Source: an uncultured Gemmatimonadales bacterium (GTDB lineage: Bacteria; Gemmatimonadota; Gemmatimonadetes; Palauibacterales; Palauibacteraceae). Taken from it: 64,000 bases of DNA. Positions 48,884 through 57,503 of the stretch are shown here, piece after piece. Numbering within the stretch: the first letter of the stretch is position 1; the number at the start of each line of letters is the position of its first letter. The position numbers and the translations under genes are program-made. The notes under the pieces are model-generated. The model did no database searches, was not told the DNA's origin, and saw only the letters and a program-made list of their open reading frames with translations. The stretch is from contig CAWANJ010000009.1 in assembly GCA_963783385.1 (NCBI GenBank), positions 768,001 to 832,000 of the forward strand, read 5' to 3'.

Positions 48884-49780
48884 TCAGCGCCCCTCGAAGC
48901 GGGCGTCCCGCTTCTCGAAGAACGCCGCCAGCCCCTCGGAGAAGTTGGGCTCGTCCGCGATGCGCGCGAGCTCCTCGAGCTCGCGGTCCAGGTGGTAATC
49001 CAGCCGGTCCACGCCGTCGGCCTGGTGGATGAGCGCCTTGGCCACCGCGTAGGCGCGGGTGGGCCCGGCGGCGAGGCGTTCCGCCACCCCATCCACGCGC
49101 CCCTCGCACTCCGCGTCGGGGAACACATCCGTGAGGAGCCCCGCCTCGAGCGCCTGTCGGGCGCCGAGTCGGGGGTTCAGGAGGACCAGCTCGAGCGCCT
49201 TCCGGAGTCCGACCAGCCGCGGAAGGAAGAAGGTCGAGCTCTCGGCGCCCGTCAGGCCGGTCTTGGGATACGCCCACTCGAAGGTGGACCGCTCGGACGC
49301 GAACACCAGGTCGCACGACATCGCGAGCCCGAAGCCTCCGGCCGCGGCCACGCCGTCCACGGCGGCCACGAACGGCTTGGGAGCCCGCTTGATCTCCGAG
49401 ATGGTGCTGTGCAGGTACTCGAGGATCTCCTTGAAGCTCTCGCCGTAGCCGGACGCGGGGCCGTGTCCGTCGGGCTGCAGGTAGCCGAAGTCCCGCTCCT
49501 CCCCGCGCTGCCGCACGTACTTGAGGTCGGCGCCGCTGCAGAACACGCCGTTCGTGCCGCGGAGGACCACGCAGCGGACCTCCTCGTCCCGGGCCATCTG
49601 CAGCCCGGCCTTCCGGAGGTCGCGGGCGGTCTCCACGTCCAGCGAGTTGAAGCGCTCCGGCCGGTGGATCGTGATGACGCCCACCGCGCCCCGGCGTTCC
49701 ACCCGGATCGGCCCCTGGGGCTGCGCCTCGCCCGCCGGCCGCTCCTTCGCGGGCGCCGAACCGACCTCCCCCGGGCTCAC
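48884..49780 (-). CDS. Crotonase-fold (enoyl-CoA hydratase-like) protein; candidate HypX C-domain equivalent (formyl-CoA decarbonylase)
   Basis: FCSGADL, AAAGGFGLAMSCD, AYPKTGLTGAESSTFFLPRLVG; last gene of the hyp operon, GTGA-coupled to the formyltransferase. Confidence 0.85.
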   Translation of the reverse strand: MSPGEVGSAPAKERPAGEAQPQGPIRVERRGAVGVITIHRPERFNSLDVETARDLRKAGLQMARDEEVRCVVLRGTNGVFCSGADLKYVRQRGEERDFGYLQPDGHGPASGYGESFKEILEYLHSTISEIKRAPKPFVAAVDGVAAAGGFGLAMSCDLVFASERSTFEWAYPKTGLTGAESSTFFLPRLVGLRKALELVLLNPRLGARQALEAGLLTDVFPDAECEGRVDGVAERLAAGPTRAYAVAKALIHQADGVDRLDYHLDRELEELARIADEPNFSEGLAAFFEKRDARFEGR

Positions 49781-50688
49781 CGGACCGCGACCCCGGTTGC
49801 GCTCCCCAGGATGGACGCGATCCACGCCTCCGTGACCACCGGAGCCCGGCCCGCGGCGTCGGTGTCGGCGAGCGACGCCGGGCCGGGGCGACCGTCCACG
49901 ACGAAACCATCGTCGGCGAGCTCGACCGCGCCGCGCGCGAACAGCTCGGCGGCGCGCACCATCATGGGACCCCAGGCCGTCTCCATCATCCAGCCCCTGT
50001 GCGCGTACGCATACGCCCGAACCACGTCCTCGGCGCCCCGGTGCGCCACTTCGGCCACCAGCGAGTGCACCGGATAGGGGCCGCTCACCAGGAGCGGGGG
50101 CCCGGCATCCAGCTCCTCCGTCGCCAGGTGGAGCGTGGTGCGGGTCTCGGGCTCCCCGGCCAGGATGGCGTCCCTGGTGGCGTGGAGGCCGTGGTAGCGC
50201 GGTCGCCCCGCCGCGTCGCGTAGTCGGAGGTCGGCGTCGTGCACGTTGAGGATCCTCCCCGCGAACGCCTCGAGGAGCACCGGGCTCGCCACGAGGAGGT
50301 AGCCGCACAGGAGGACCAGGTCGGGCCGGAAGGGCTCCAGGATCGCCAGGGTCGCCCGGTCGTACGCCGGCCGCGCCGACCGGTCACCCACCGACGTGCC
50401 GCGCCCCGCGCAGAACTCCGCCACGTCGTGGACGCTCACCGGCACTCCGGCGCCCACCGCGATCTCGAGTCCGCGGCAGCCCCGGTGGCTGGCCACCACC
50501 GTCACCACCTCGAAGCCGGTGTCAAGCTCCATCGACGCGCGCAGGAGGTCCCCCAGCCCCGGGGTCCGATGCGAAGTGAGGACCGCCACCCGCAGGCGCC
50601 GCGGACGAGGCTCGCCCCACGTTCGCCCGCCACCCGACTGCACCCGACGCCGCACCGCCGCCCGCAGCGTCCCCATCGCGAAGCTCAT
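49777..50688 (-). CDS. N10-formyl-THF-dependent formyltransferase; candidate HypX N-domain equivalent
   Basis: PDLVLLCGYL, ILNVH, Y.GL.A.RDAI..GE, TLH..TEELDAGP; SD AGGAGG, start 17 bp after the hypE stop. Confidence 0.85.
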   Translation of the reverse strand: MSFAMGTLRAAVRRRVQSGGGRTWGEPRPRRLRVAVLTSHRTPGLGDLLRASMELDTGFEVVTVVASHRGCRGLEIAVGAGVPVSVHDVAEFCAGRGTSVGDRSARPAYDRATLAILEPFRPDLVLLCGYLLVASPVLLEAFAGRILNVHDADLRLRDAAGRPRYHGLHATRDAILAGEPETRTTLHLATEELDAGPPLLVSGPYPVHSLVAEVAHRGAEDVVRAYAYAHRGWMMETAWGPMMVRAAELFARGAVELADDGFVVDGRPGPASLADTDAAGRAPVVTEAWIASILGSATGVAVR

Positions 50689-50705
50689 CTATGCCTCCTG
50701 TCCGA

Positions 50706-51797
50706 TCAGCAGATCCGTGGAAGTGGCTCACCGACCGGCTCCGTGAGGAGCCGGCGTCCGAGGCCCGTGTCGAGGACCACCCGCCCGGGGTGGTCGGCGG
50801 CACAGATACCGATCACGGCGGCGTCGCGGCCCAGGGGATGGGCGCGCAGGGCCGCCAGCACGTCCTCCACCCGCTCGGGCCGGACGCCCATGAGCGCCTT
50901 GCCCTCGTTGGCGATGTGGAAGGGGTCCAGGCCCAGCATCTCCGCGGCCGCTCGCACCGAGTGGCGGACGGGCACCACCGGCTCATCGATCACGATGCTG
51001 ACGCGACTCTTGTCCGCCATCTCGTGGAGCGCGCTCGCCACCCCGCCCCGGGTCGGGTCCTTGAGGGCCACCACCTCGGCCCCGCCGGCCTGGAGCGCCG
51101 CGCGCACCAGCCCGTTGATCGGAGCGACGTCGGAGAGGAGCTCCTCGTCGAACTCCAGCTCGTGGCGCCGCGCCATGAGCGAGATCCCGTGGTCCCCCAC
51201 GGTGCCGGTGACCACGATGCGGTCCCCGGGCTGCAGGCCCGCATCGATCACCACCCTCGACGTGATCGCGACCCCCGCGGTGTTGAGGACGAGACCATCC
51301 ACCTCGCCCCGGGGCATGACCTTGGTGTCGCCGGTGATCACGGTCGTGCCCGCCTCGCGGCAGGTCTCGAGCATGGAGAGCTGGATCGCCTCGAGCTCCG
51401 TTCGGCGGAATCCCTCCTCGACGACCACGGCGCAGGTGAGGCCCAGGGGCTCCGTGGCCCCCATCATGGCCAGGTCGTTGACCGTGCCGGCCACGGCCAG
51501 GCGACCGATGTCGCCCCCGGGGAAGCGGATGGGGTGGACCACGTGGGAGTCGGTGGTCACCACCAGCCAGCGCCCGTCCGGCAGGGGAAGCGCCGCCCCG
51601 TCGTCCATCTGGGCGAGCCCGATGCCCTCCATGGGCGTCTCGGCGTAGCCCGCCGCCAGCGTCTCCTCGATGAGGAGGCGCATGGGCACGCCGCCCGCGC
51701 CGTGCTTGAGGGTCACGAGCTCGTCGGGCCGGGCCGACCTCCGGGACGTCGGCCGGGGGATCGTGGTGCCGCTCGCCTGCTGCTCCATGGGAGTCAC
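50706..51797 (-). CDS. hypE: Carbamoyl dehydratase HypE
   Basis: HGAGG, DSHVVHPIRFPGGDIGRLAVAGTVNDL, GDTKV, KDPTRGG, ANEGK, C-terminal PRIC. Confidence 0.96.
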   Translation of the reverse strand: MTPMEQQASGTTIPRPTSRRSARPDELVTLKHGAGGVPMRLLIEETLAAGYAETPMEGIGLAQMDDGAALPLPDGRWLVVTTDSHVVHPIRFPGGDIGRLAVAGTVNDLAMMGATEPLGLTCAVVVEEGFRRTELEAIQLSMLETCREAGTTVITGDTKVMPRGEVDGLVLNTAGVAITSRVVIDAGLQPGDRIVVTGTVGDHGISLMARRHELEFDEELLSDVAPINGLVRAALQAGGAEVVALKDPTRGGVASALHEMADKSRVSIVIDEPVVPVRHSVRAAAEMLGLDPFHIANEGKALMGVRPERVEDVLAALRAHPLGRDAAVIGICAADHPGRVVLDTGLGRRLLTEPVGEPLPRIC

Positions 51798-51801
51798 CGT
51801 C

Positions 51802-52965
51802 TCACAGGTCCGGGTGTCCGCCGTACTGGTGCCAGATCCGGCACGTACCCTCCGTGCTCACCATGCAGGCGCCCACCGGCGCGTCGGGAGCGCATTCTTT
51901 ACCGAACAGGGGGCAGTCCACGGGCGAGGCGATGCCGGCCATGATGTCTCCGCAGATGCACACCTGGGTGAGCTGCGAAGGAGCATAGTCCCACAACCGC
52001 CGCACGTCGATGTCGAAGCGCCGCCTCGCGTCCACGTGCGCGAACTCGTCGCGAAGGCGGAGGTTGCCGTTGGGAACGTGTGCGATGCCGCGCCACCGTC
52101 CGCCCGTGGTCCGGAACACGCGCCACAGCTGGTCCTGGGCGTTTCGGTTCCCCTCGCGGGTCACGCAGCGGGGGAAGGTGTTCACGACCCGGGGCGTGCC
52201 GTCCCGGATGAGCTCGGTGAGCGTCAGGAGCCCCGCCAAAATGTCCAGCGGCTCGAAGCCCGCCACCACCACGGGAAGGCCGTGGCGCTCCACGAAGCGC
52301 TCGAAGATCGCCCAGCCGGTGATCGTGGCGGCGTGGCCGGCGGCCAGGAAGCCCTCGACGCGGGCGCCCGGCATCTCGGCCACGATCTCCATGACCGGCG
52401 GGATGTACTTGTGCGCCGACAGCACCGAGAAGTTCGGGGGCGGGTCCCCCAGGACGACCGCGGCCGTGGCCACGGCCGTCGTCTCGAAGCCGCTGGCGAA
52501 GAACACGACCTCCTCGTCGGTGTCCCGCGCCAGCTCCGCAGCCTGCGTGGCGCTGTACACGACGTCCACATGGGCCCCCCTCGCCTGCGCATCGGAGAGC
52601 GACCCGGCCGAGCCCGGTACCTTGAGCATGTCCCCGTAGGAGGCGATCCTCACGCCGTCCTGCGCGAGGGCGACCGCCTCGTCCACTTCGGGCACGTCGG
52701 TCACGCACACGGGGCAGCCCGGCCCCATGATCACGTCCAGGCTCCGCGGGATCAGTGTCCTCAGGCCGAACTTCGCGATCGACTGCTCGTGGCTCCCGCA
52801 CACGTGCATCACCGAGACGGGCGCCCGGCCCACCTGGCCACACACACGGTCGATGGCGGCGGCCAGCGCCCGGGCCCGACCCGGATCCCGGAAACGAAGC
52901 TCGGCCGCCTCGCCCGCCAGCGCCGTGCCGGCGGCCGGGCTCCCGCCGTCCGACGACGCACTCAC
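51802..52965 (-). CDS. hypD: Hydrogenase maturation scaffold HypD
   Basis: MHVCGSH, GPGCPVC, GFETT, C-x14-C-x6-C region and GACMVSTEGTC. Confidence 0.96.
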   Translation of the reverse strand: MSASSDGGSPAAGTALAGEAAELRFRDPGRARALAAAIDRVCGQVGRAPVSVMHVCGSHEQSIAKFGLRTLIPRSLDVIMGPGCPVCVTDVPEVDEAVALAQDGVRIASYGDMLKVPGSAGSLSDAQARGAHVDVVYSATQAAELARDTDEEVVFFASGFETTAVATAAVVLGDPPPNFSVLSAHKYIPPVMEIVAEMPGARVEGFLAAGHAATITGWAIFERFVERHGLPVVVAGFEPLDILAGLLTLTELIRDGTPRVVNTFPRCVTREGNRNAQDQLWRVFRTTGGRWRGIAHVPNGNLRLRDEFAHVDARRRFDIDVRRLWDYAPSQLTQVCICGDIMAGIASPVDCPLFGKECAPDAPVGACMVSTEGTCRIWHQYGGHPDL

Positions 52966-53282
52966 AATCCCTCCTCCGCGGTCATCGCGCCCCCGAGTCC
53001 CACGCCGCGCCCCCGGGCCGCCTCGATCTCGCCCCGCACGTCGCCGGCCATCATGTCGTCGGCGGCCTCTTCGAGCAGCATCTCGTACAGGGCGAGCGTT
53101 TCGCCGATCTCCTCGGCCGGGATCTTCCGGATCGCGAAGCCCACGTGGTTGAGGATGTAGTCGCCGGGCCCGACCGGCTCGTCGACCACGTCGAGCCGCG
53201 TCTCGCGGTGCACGCCGAAGAAATCCACGATGGCCACCTGGCCATCGACCTCCAGCACCTTTCCGGGCACTCCCAGACACAT
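52962..53282 (-). CDS. hypC: Hydrogenase chaperone HypC
   Basis: MCLGVPG, GDYILNHVGFAI; acidic C-terminal extension. Confidence 0.95.
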   Translation of the reverse strand: MCLGVPGKVLEVDGQVAIVDFFGVHRETRLDVVDEPVGPGDYILNHVGFAIRKIPAEEIGETLALYEMLLEEAADDMMAGDVRGEIEAARGRGVGLGGAMTAEEGL

Positions 53283-53283
53283 G

Positions 53284-55248
53284 TCAGGCCTCCTCGGTTC
53301 GCGCCAGGCGGGCGGCGCCGACCACGGCCTGCCCGTAGCTGATGGCGCCGTCGTTGGGTGGCAACCGTCGCGGTCGCAGCACCCGCACACCCCGGCTCCT
53401 GAGACGCCTGGCCAGCGACACCAGCAGCCGGGCGTTCTGGAACATGTCTCCCGCCAGCGCGACCATCTCGATCCGGTGCTCCGCGCACACCGCGCCCACG
53501 AGGTCGGCCGTGGCCTCGGCGACGCTCTCGTGGAACGCGGCGGCCAGCCGACCGACGTCTTCGCCCCGGCCGCGTCCCCGAGCCAGCGCCTCCAGCAGGG
53601 GTCGGGGATCCAGGGTCCACGGCTCGGCCGTCCGCCTGGAGCGGGGGAACGGAAGGGGCGCCGCCCCGCGATCTCCGGCCAGCGTCTCGAGGAGCAGCGA
53701 GGCCTCGCCCTCGTACCGCTCGAAACGGAGATCGGCCAGGACCGCCGCGGCCGCGCCGAACAGCCCGTCCATGGAGGAGCGGGCGGGGACGCCGAGGTCC
53801 GTCACGTCGAGCGGCCCGGCGTCGGTGACGGGCTCGCAGCGCACGTGCGCGACGCCCTCGAACGAGGTCGGATCCGCCACCAGCACCCTGGCGCCGCGCG
53901 CTCCGTTCTCGTCGGACCCGTGGCCCTCGTAGACCACGCCCACCACCCGTCCCAGGACACCGTGCTCGCCGGCCACGGCGGCCACGTGCGCGTGGTCGTG
54001 GTGCACGGACAGCTCCGTCCGCACCCCCAAACCGCGGGCCAGGCGCCGCGCCAGGCGTCCGGCGTCCGCGTCGTGCACGACGACCTCCGGGGTCACCCCG
54101 TGGAGGCGCTCGAAATGCTCGAGCGTGCTGTGGAAGTGGTCCAACGTCCCCAGCTCCTCCAGGTCTCCGAGTCGCGGGCTGGGGTACGCCAGACCCTGCC
54201 TGGCGAGCGCGAAGGTCGTCTCGAGCCGCGAGCCGAGCGCCAGCAGGGGAACCGGGGTCGCGACGGGGAGCGGCACGGCTTCGGGGACCCAGCCCCGGGC
54301 ACGGCGGAGGAGCACGGCCGAGCCCTCGACCACCCGGGCGACGCTGTCGTCGCACCGGGCCGCGATGTCACGGTCGTGCAGGAGGAAGGCATCGGCCGCG
54401 TGCCCCAGACGCTCGAAGCTCTCGCGAATGCCGGCGACCAGCGGCTCGCCATCCACCCTCCCGCTCGTCAGGACGAGCGGCCGGTCCGTCCGCTGCACCA
54501 GGAGCCGGCGGAGCGCCGTGTCGGCGACCAGGATCCCGACCGTGTCGAGTCCGGGAGCCAGCGACGGCGCGAGCCCCGCATCCCGCCTTCGGCGCAGGAG
54601 GAGCATGGGCCGCCTCGGCGCTTCGAGGTGGCGCGCCTCCTCCTCCGACACGTGCGCCAGCCGGCGCGCCTCCTCCAGGTCGCGGACCATGACGCCGAGC
54701 GGCTTGGCCTCCCGACCGGTGCGCCGCCGGACCCGGGCCACGGCTTCCTCCTGCGTCGCGTCGACGACGAGGTGCACCCCGCCCGAGCCACGGACCGCGA
54801 CGATGTCGCCGTCCAGGAGACGCCGGGCCGCTTCCCCGATCGCCTCGTCCCCCGAAGCCATCTCCACGCCCGAAGGGTCGGCCAGCCAGGCGCGTGGCCC
54901 GCAGGAGGGGCAGGCGTTCGTCTGGGATCCTTCCCGCCGGTCCCCCGGCGTAAGGACCTCGCGCTCGCACTCGGGACACATGTCGAACGCCCGCATGCTC
55001 GTCCGGGCGCGGGCGTAGGGGACGCTCTCGATGATCGAGTAGCGCGGTCCGCACGATGCGCAGGTCGTGAAGGGGTAGCCCGGACGGCGGCTGTCCGGGT
55101 CCTCGATCTCCGCGTTGCAGGTCGGGCACGTCGCCACGTCCGCGGGCACCACCGGCTCCCGGGCGTGGCGGGTCCGGCCGCGCGGAGCGGTACGCGCCCC
55201 TCCTCCGCGGGTGCGGCCGCCCGCCGGGTCCGCCCGGGAGGTGGGCAT
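53284..55248 (-). CDS. hypF: Divergent carbamoyltransferase HypF (no acylphosphatase domain, 654 aa)
   Basis: Two zinc fingers (CPTC..CASC; CPEC..CPSCGP), DDSV, RRARG, HHDHAH, PPNDGAISYGQ. Confidence 0.88.
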   Translation of the reverse strand: MPTSRADPAGGRTRGGGARTAPRGRTRHAREPVVPADVATCPTCNAEIEDPDSRRPGYPFTTCASCGPRYSIIESVPYARARTSMRAFDMCPECEREVLTPGDRREGSQTNACPSCGPRAWLADPSGVEMASGDEAIGEAARRLLDGDIVAVRGSGGVHLVVDATQEEAVARVRRRTGREAKPLGVMVRDLEEARRLAHVSEEEARHLEAPRRPMLLLRRRRDAGLAPSLAPGLDTVGILVADTALRRLLVQRTDRPLVLTSGRVDGEPLVAGIRESFERLGHAADAFLLHDRDIAARCDDSVARVVEGSAVLLRRARGWVPEAVPLPVATPVPLLALGSRLETTFALARQGLAYPSPRLGDLEELGTLDHFHSTLEHFERLHGVTPEVVVHDADAGRLARRLARGLGVRTELSVHHDHAHVAAVAGEHGVLGRVVGVVYEGHGSDENGARGARVLVADPTSFEGVAHVRCEPVTDAGPLDVTDLGVPARSSMDGLFGAAAAVLADLRFERYEGEASLLLETLAGDRGAAPLPFPRSRRTAEPWTLDPRPLLEALARGRGRGEDVGRLAAAFHESVAEATADLVGAVCAEHRIEMVALAGDMFQNARLLVSLARRLRSRGVRVLRPRRLPPNDGAISYGQAVVGAARLARTEEA

Positions 55249-55919
55249 CAGGTGGCCACCGTCGAGGGGATCCGGGACTCCAGGAAGGAAGTCCACTCCT
55301 CCAGCCCCTCGCCCGTGCGGGCCGAGGTCAGGAAGAAGCGGAGGTCCGGATTCACCGCGCGCGCGAACGCGACGGCGCGGTCCACGTCGAAGTCCAGGTG
55401 AGGCAGCAGGTCGATCTTGTTGAGGACCGCGTAACGGGCCATGCGGAACATCTTCGGATACTTCACGGGCTTGTCCTCGCCCTCGGTCACCGAGAACACC
55501 ACCACCTTGGCGGACTCGCCCAGGTCCCAGCTGGCCGGACACACAAGGTTGCCGACGTTCTCCACGAACAGCAGGTCGGTGTCGTCCAGGTCGATGGCCT
55601 CGAGTGCCGAGGTCACCTGCCGGGCGTCCAGGTGGCACGCGCCGTTGGTCACCACCGCCTGGACCAGCCGGTCCGTGTGGGCCGCCAGGCGATCCGCGTC
55701 GTTCTGTGTCTGTACGTCCCCGGTCACCACCGCGATGCGCAGTCGGTCCCCGAGCCGCTCCAGGGTACGCTCCAGGAGGAGCGTCTTACCCGAGCCCGGA
55801 GAGGAGACGAGGTTGAAGGACGGCACGCCCGCCGCCGCCAGCCGCGCGCGCACGGCGGCCGCCAGCTCATCGTTTCGGGTCATGACCCTCTCACGTACGT
55901 CGATCGTCCGGACCGTCAT
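55248..55919 (-). CDS. hypB: Nickel-insertion GTPase HypB
   Basis: SSPGSGKT, GACHLDA, ENVGNLVCP, EGEDKP.KYP, NKIDL. Confidence 0.96.
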   Translation of the reverse strand: MTVRTIDVRERVMTRNDELAAAVRARLAAAGVPSFNLVSSPGSGKTLLLERTLERLGDRLRIAVVTGDVQTQNDADRLAAHTDRLVQAVVTNGACHLDARQVTSALEAIDLDDTDLLFVENVGNLVCPASWDLGESAKVVVFSVTEGEDKPVKYPKMFRMARYAVLNKIDLLPHLDFDVDRAVAFARAVNPDLRFFLTSARTGEGLEEWTSFLESRIPSTVAT

Positions 55920-56160
55920 CCTCCACCTCCAGGTACTTGACCCTGAACACGTCCCCCGGAGCTGGCTCGATGACCGGCCGAGCCGCCCCGAAGGGCGGGC
56001 TCCCGAGGAGCGCCTCCAGGCAGAATTCCAGGTTCGACCGCTCGACGCCGGCGTCATCGCCGACCTCGAGGGCGACCACCCTAACGTCCCCCAGGCGTGC
56101 CGTTCCCACGTGCTCCTCGGTGATCCGGCAGATCTCGAGGGCCAGGCTCATCTCGTGCAC
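55891..56160 (-). CDS. hypA: Miniature HypA lacking the zinc-binding domain (89 aa)
   Basis: (M)HEMSLA, LEVG..AGVE..NLEFC, C-terminal FRVKYLEVE; no CxxC motifs. Confidence 0.85.
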   Translation of the reverse strand: MHEMSLALEICRITEEHVGTARLGDVRVVALEVGDDAGVERSNLEFCLEALLGSPPFGAARPVIEPAPGDVFRVKYLEVEDDGPDDRRT

Positions 56161-56167
56161 GGGATGG

Positions 56168-56737
56168 TCAGCCCGCGCGCACGCGCTCCGCACGCTCGGG
56201 CGTCCGGTCGTCGGACGTGATCCGCACCGCCCGGTGCCCCCAGGAGCGCAGGGTGGCGACCGCCGCCGCCACGAGGGTGGGAAGGGTGTCCCGCACGATC
56301 GGACTGAGCTCGGGCGCCATCTCGATGCGCTCGGGCTGCAGGCCGATCGCCACGGTGTCGGCCGGGAGGCGACCCCGGAACTCGGCCAGCGCCAGCACCT
56401 CCCGCAGGTCGATCTGGTGGGGGGAGACCTTGGTGAACAGGTACCGCGGCAGCTCCTCGCCCCGGAGGACCACGAGGCTCCCGGCCGGGCGCCCGGCGTG
56501 GATCGCATCCAGGAGGAGCAATCGCTCCGCGTCCTCGATCAGGCCGAGGAGGTTCATGCCCCAGGTGCCGCCGTCCACGAGCTCGACCGGCGGGGAGAAG
56601 CTCCAGCCGGAGCGCAGCGCCTCGAGCGCCTCGAGCCCGACGCCATCGTCCGCCATGAGGGGAGTGCCGAGCCCCAGGACGAGGGTGCCGGAGGGCGCCC
56701 GGGGCGACCGCGCGCCCCGGGCCGCGGACTCACTCAT
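56168..56737 (-). CDS. Hydrogenase maturation endopeptidase (HyaD/HybD family)
   Basis: LGLGTPLMADDGVG, DGGT.G, LLDA, SPHQ. Confidence 0.92.
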   Translation of the reverse strand: MSESAARGARSPRAPSGTLVLGLGTPLMADDGVGLEALEALRSGWSFSPPVELVDGGTWGMNLLGLIEDAERLLLLDAIHAGRPAGSLVVLRGEELPRYLFTKVSPHQIDLREVLALAEFRGRLPADTVAIGLQPERIEMAPELSPIVRDTLPTLVAAAVATLRSWGHRAVRITSDDRTPERAERVRAG

Positions 56738-57503
56738 CCTCGAACTCCAGGTCCTCGCGGACGAACTTCCCGCCGCTCACGATGGAGGACAGGGAGCCGT
56801 CCAGCTCCGTCACGTCGGCCCGGATGGCCAGGTAGACGTGGATCGGGAAGAAGATGATGAAGAACCAGGTCATGACGTGGTGCCAGAAGCGCACCCCCTG
56901 CACGCCACCCAGCAGGTCGCGCACCCAGCCGAACGCCTCGTAGAAGAAGCCCTCCGGATTGGCGAGCCCGTACAGCGCGAAGCCCGTCACCACCATGAAG
57001 GCTCCCACCAGGTAGACGAGCGTGTAGCTCAGCTGCTGGAGGGGGTTGTGCCCCAGATAGTGCGGGGCGCGCTCGGGCCGGATCATGAGGTACTTCTTGA
57101 CCATGCGCCACAGGTTGCCCACATCCCGGCCACGCAGCGGGAAGAGCGCCGGCAGGCGCTCGAACTTGTTCCCCGCGAACAGCCAGTAGAGCCGGACGAT
57201 GCCGGTGGCCACGAACACGCCCGCCGCCGCGAAGTGCAGGAAGCGCATCCATCCCATGGCGTAGGACGTGGCGTTGCCCGTCCCCCCGGTCATGAAGTAG
57301 GGCCGGCCGATGTAGAAGCCGGTGGCCGCCAGGACGACGATGGCACCGAAGGCCAGCCAGTGCATGGCCCGAATGGGCCAGTGCCACAGGTAGACCCAGC
57401 GGTAGCCGTGGACGGCGGGCCGGGGTCGCTCGCCGAGCGCCGCCCGGTCCCGCGTCTCCCTGGAGACGGCTTCCGCGCCGCCTCCCCCCGGCCCCGCGTT
57501 CAT
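56730..57503 (-). CDS. [NiFe]-hydrogenase b-type cytochrome subunit (HyaC/HupC-type)
   Basis: W.WPIRAMHW, TGFYIG.P, RFLHF, GHNPLQQL.Y, WHH..W.....HVY. Confidence 0.93.
   Translation of the reverse strand: MNAGPGGGGAEAVSRETRDRAALGERPRPAVHGYRWVYLWHWPIRAMHWLAFGAIVVLAATGFYIGRPYFMTGGTGNATSYAMGWMRFLHFAAAGVFVATGIVRLYWLFAGNKFERLPALFPLRGRDVGNLWRMVKKYLMIRPERAPHYLGHNPLQQLSYTLVYLVGAFMVVTGFALYGLANPEGFFYEAFGWVRDLLGGVQGVRFWHHVMTWFFIIFFPIHVYLAIRADVTELDGSLSSIVSGGKFVREDLEFEDE

Noticed and set aside
48884-49780. Annotation as a beta-oxidation enoyl-CoA hydratase
   Set aside because: Both catalytic glutamates are absent and there are no acyl-CoA dehydrogenase or thiolase neighbours.
49777-50688. Annotation as purN (purine biosynthesis)
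   Set aside because: It lacks the SGxGSN GAR-binding loop and the HPSLLP motif, has no pur genes nearby, and is embedded in the hyp operon.
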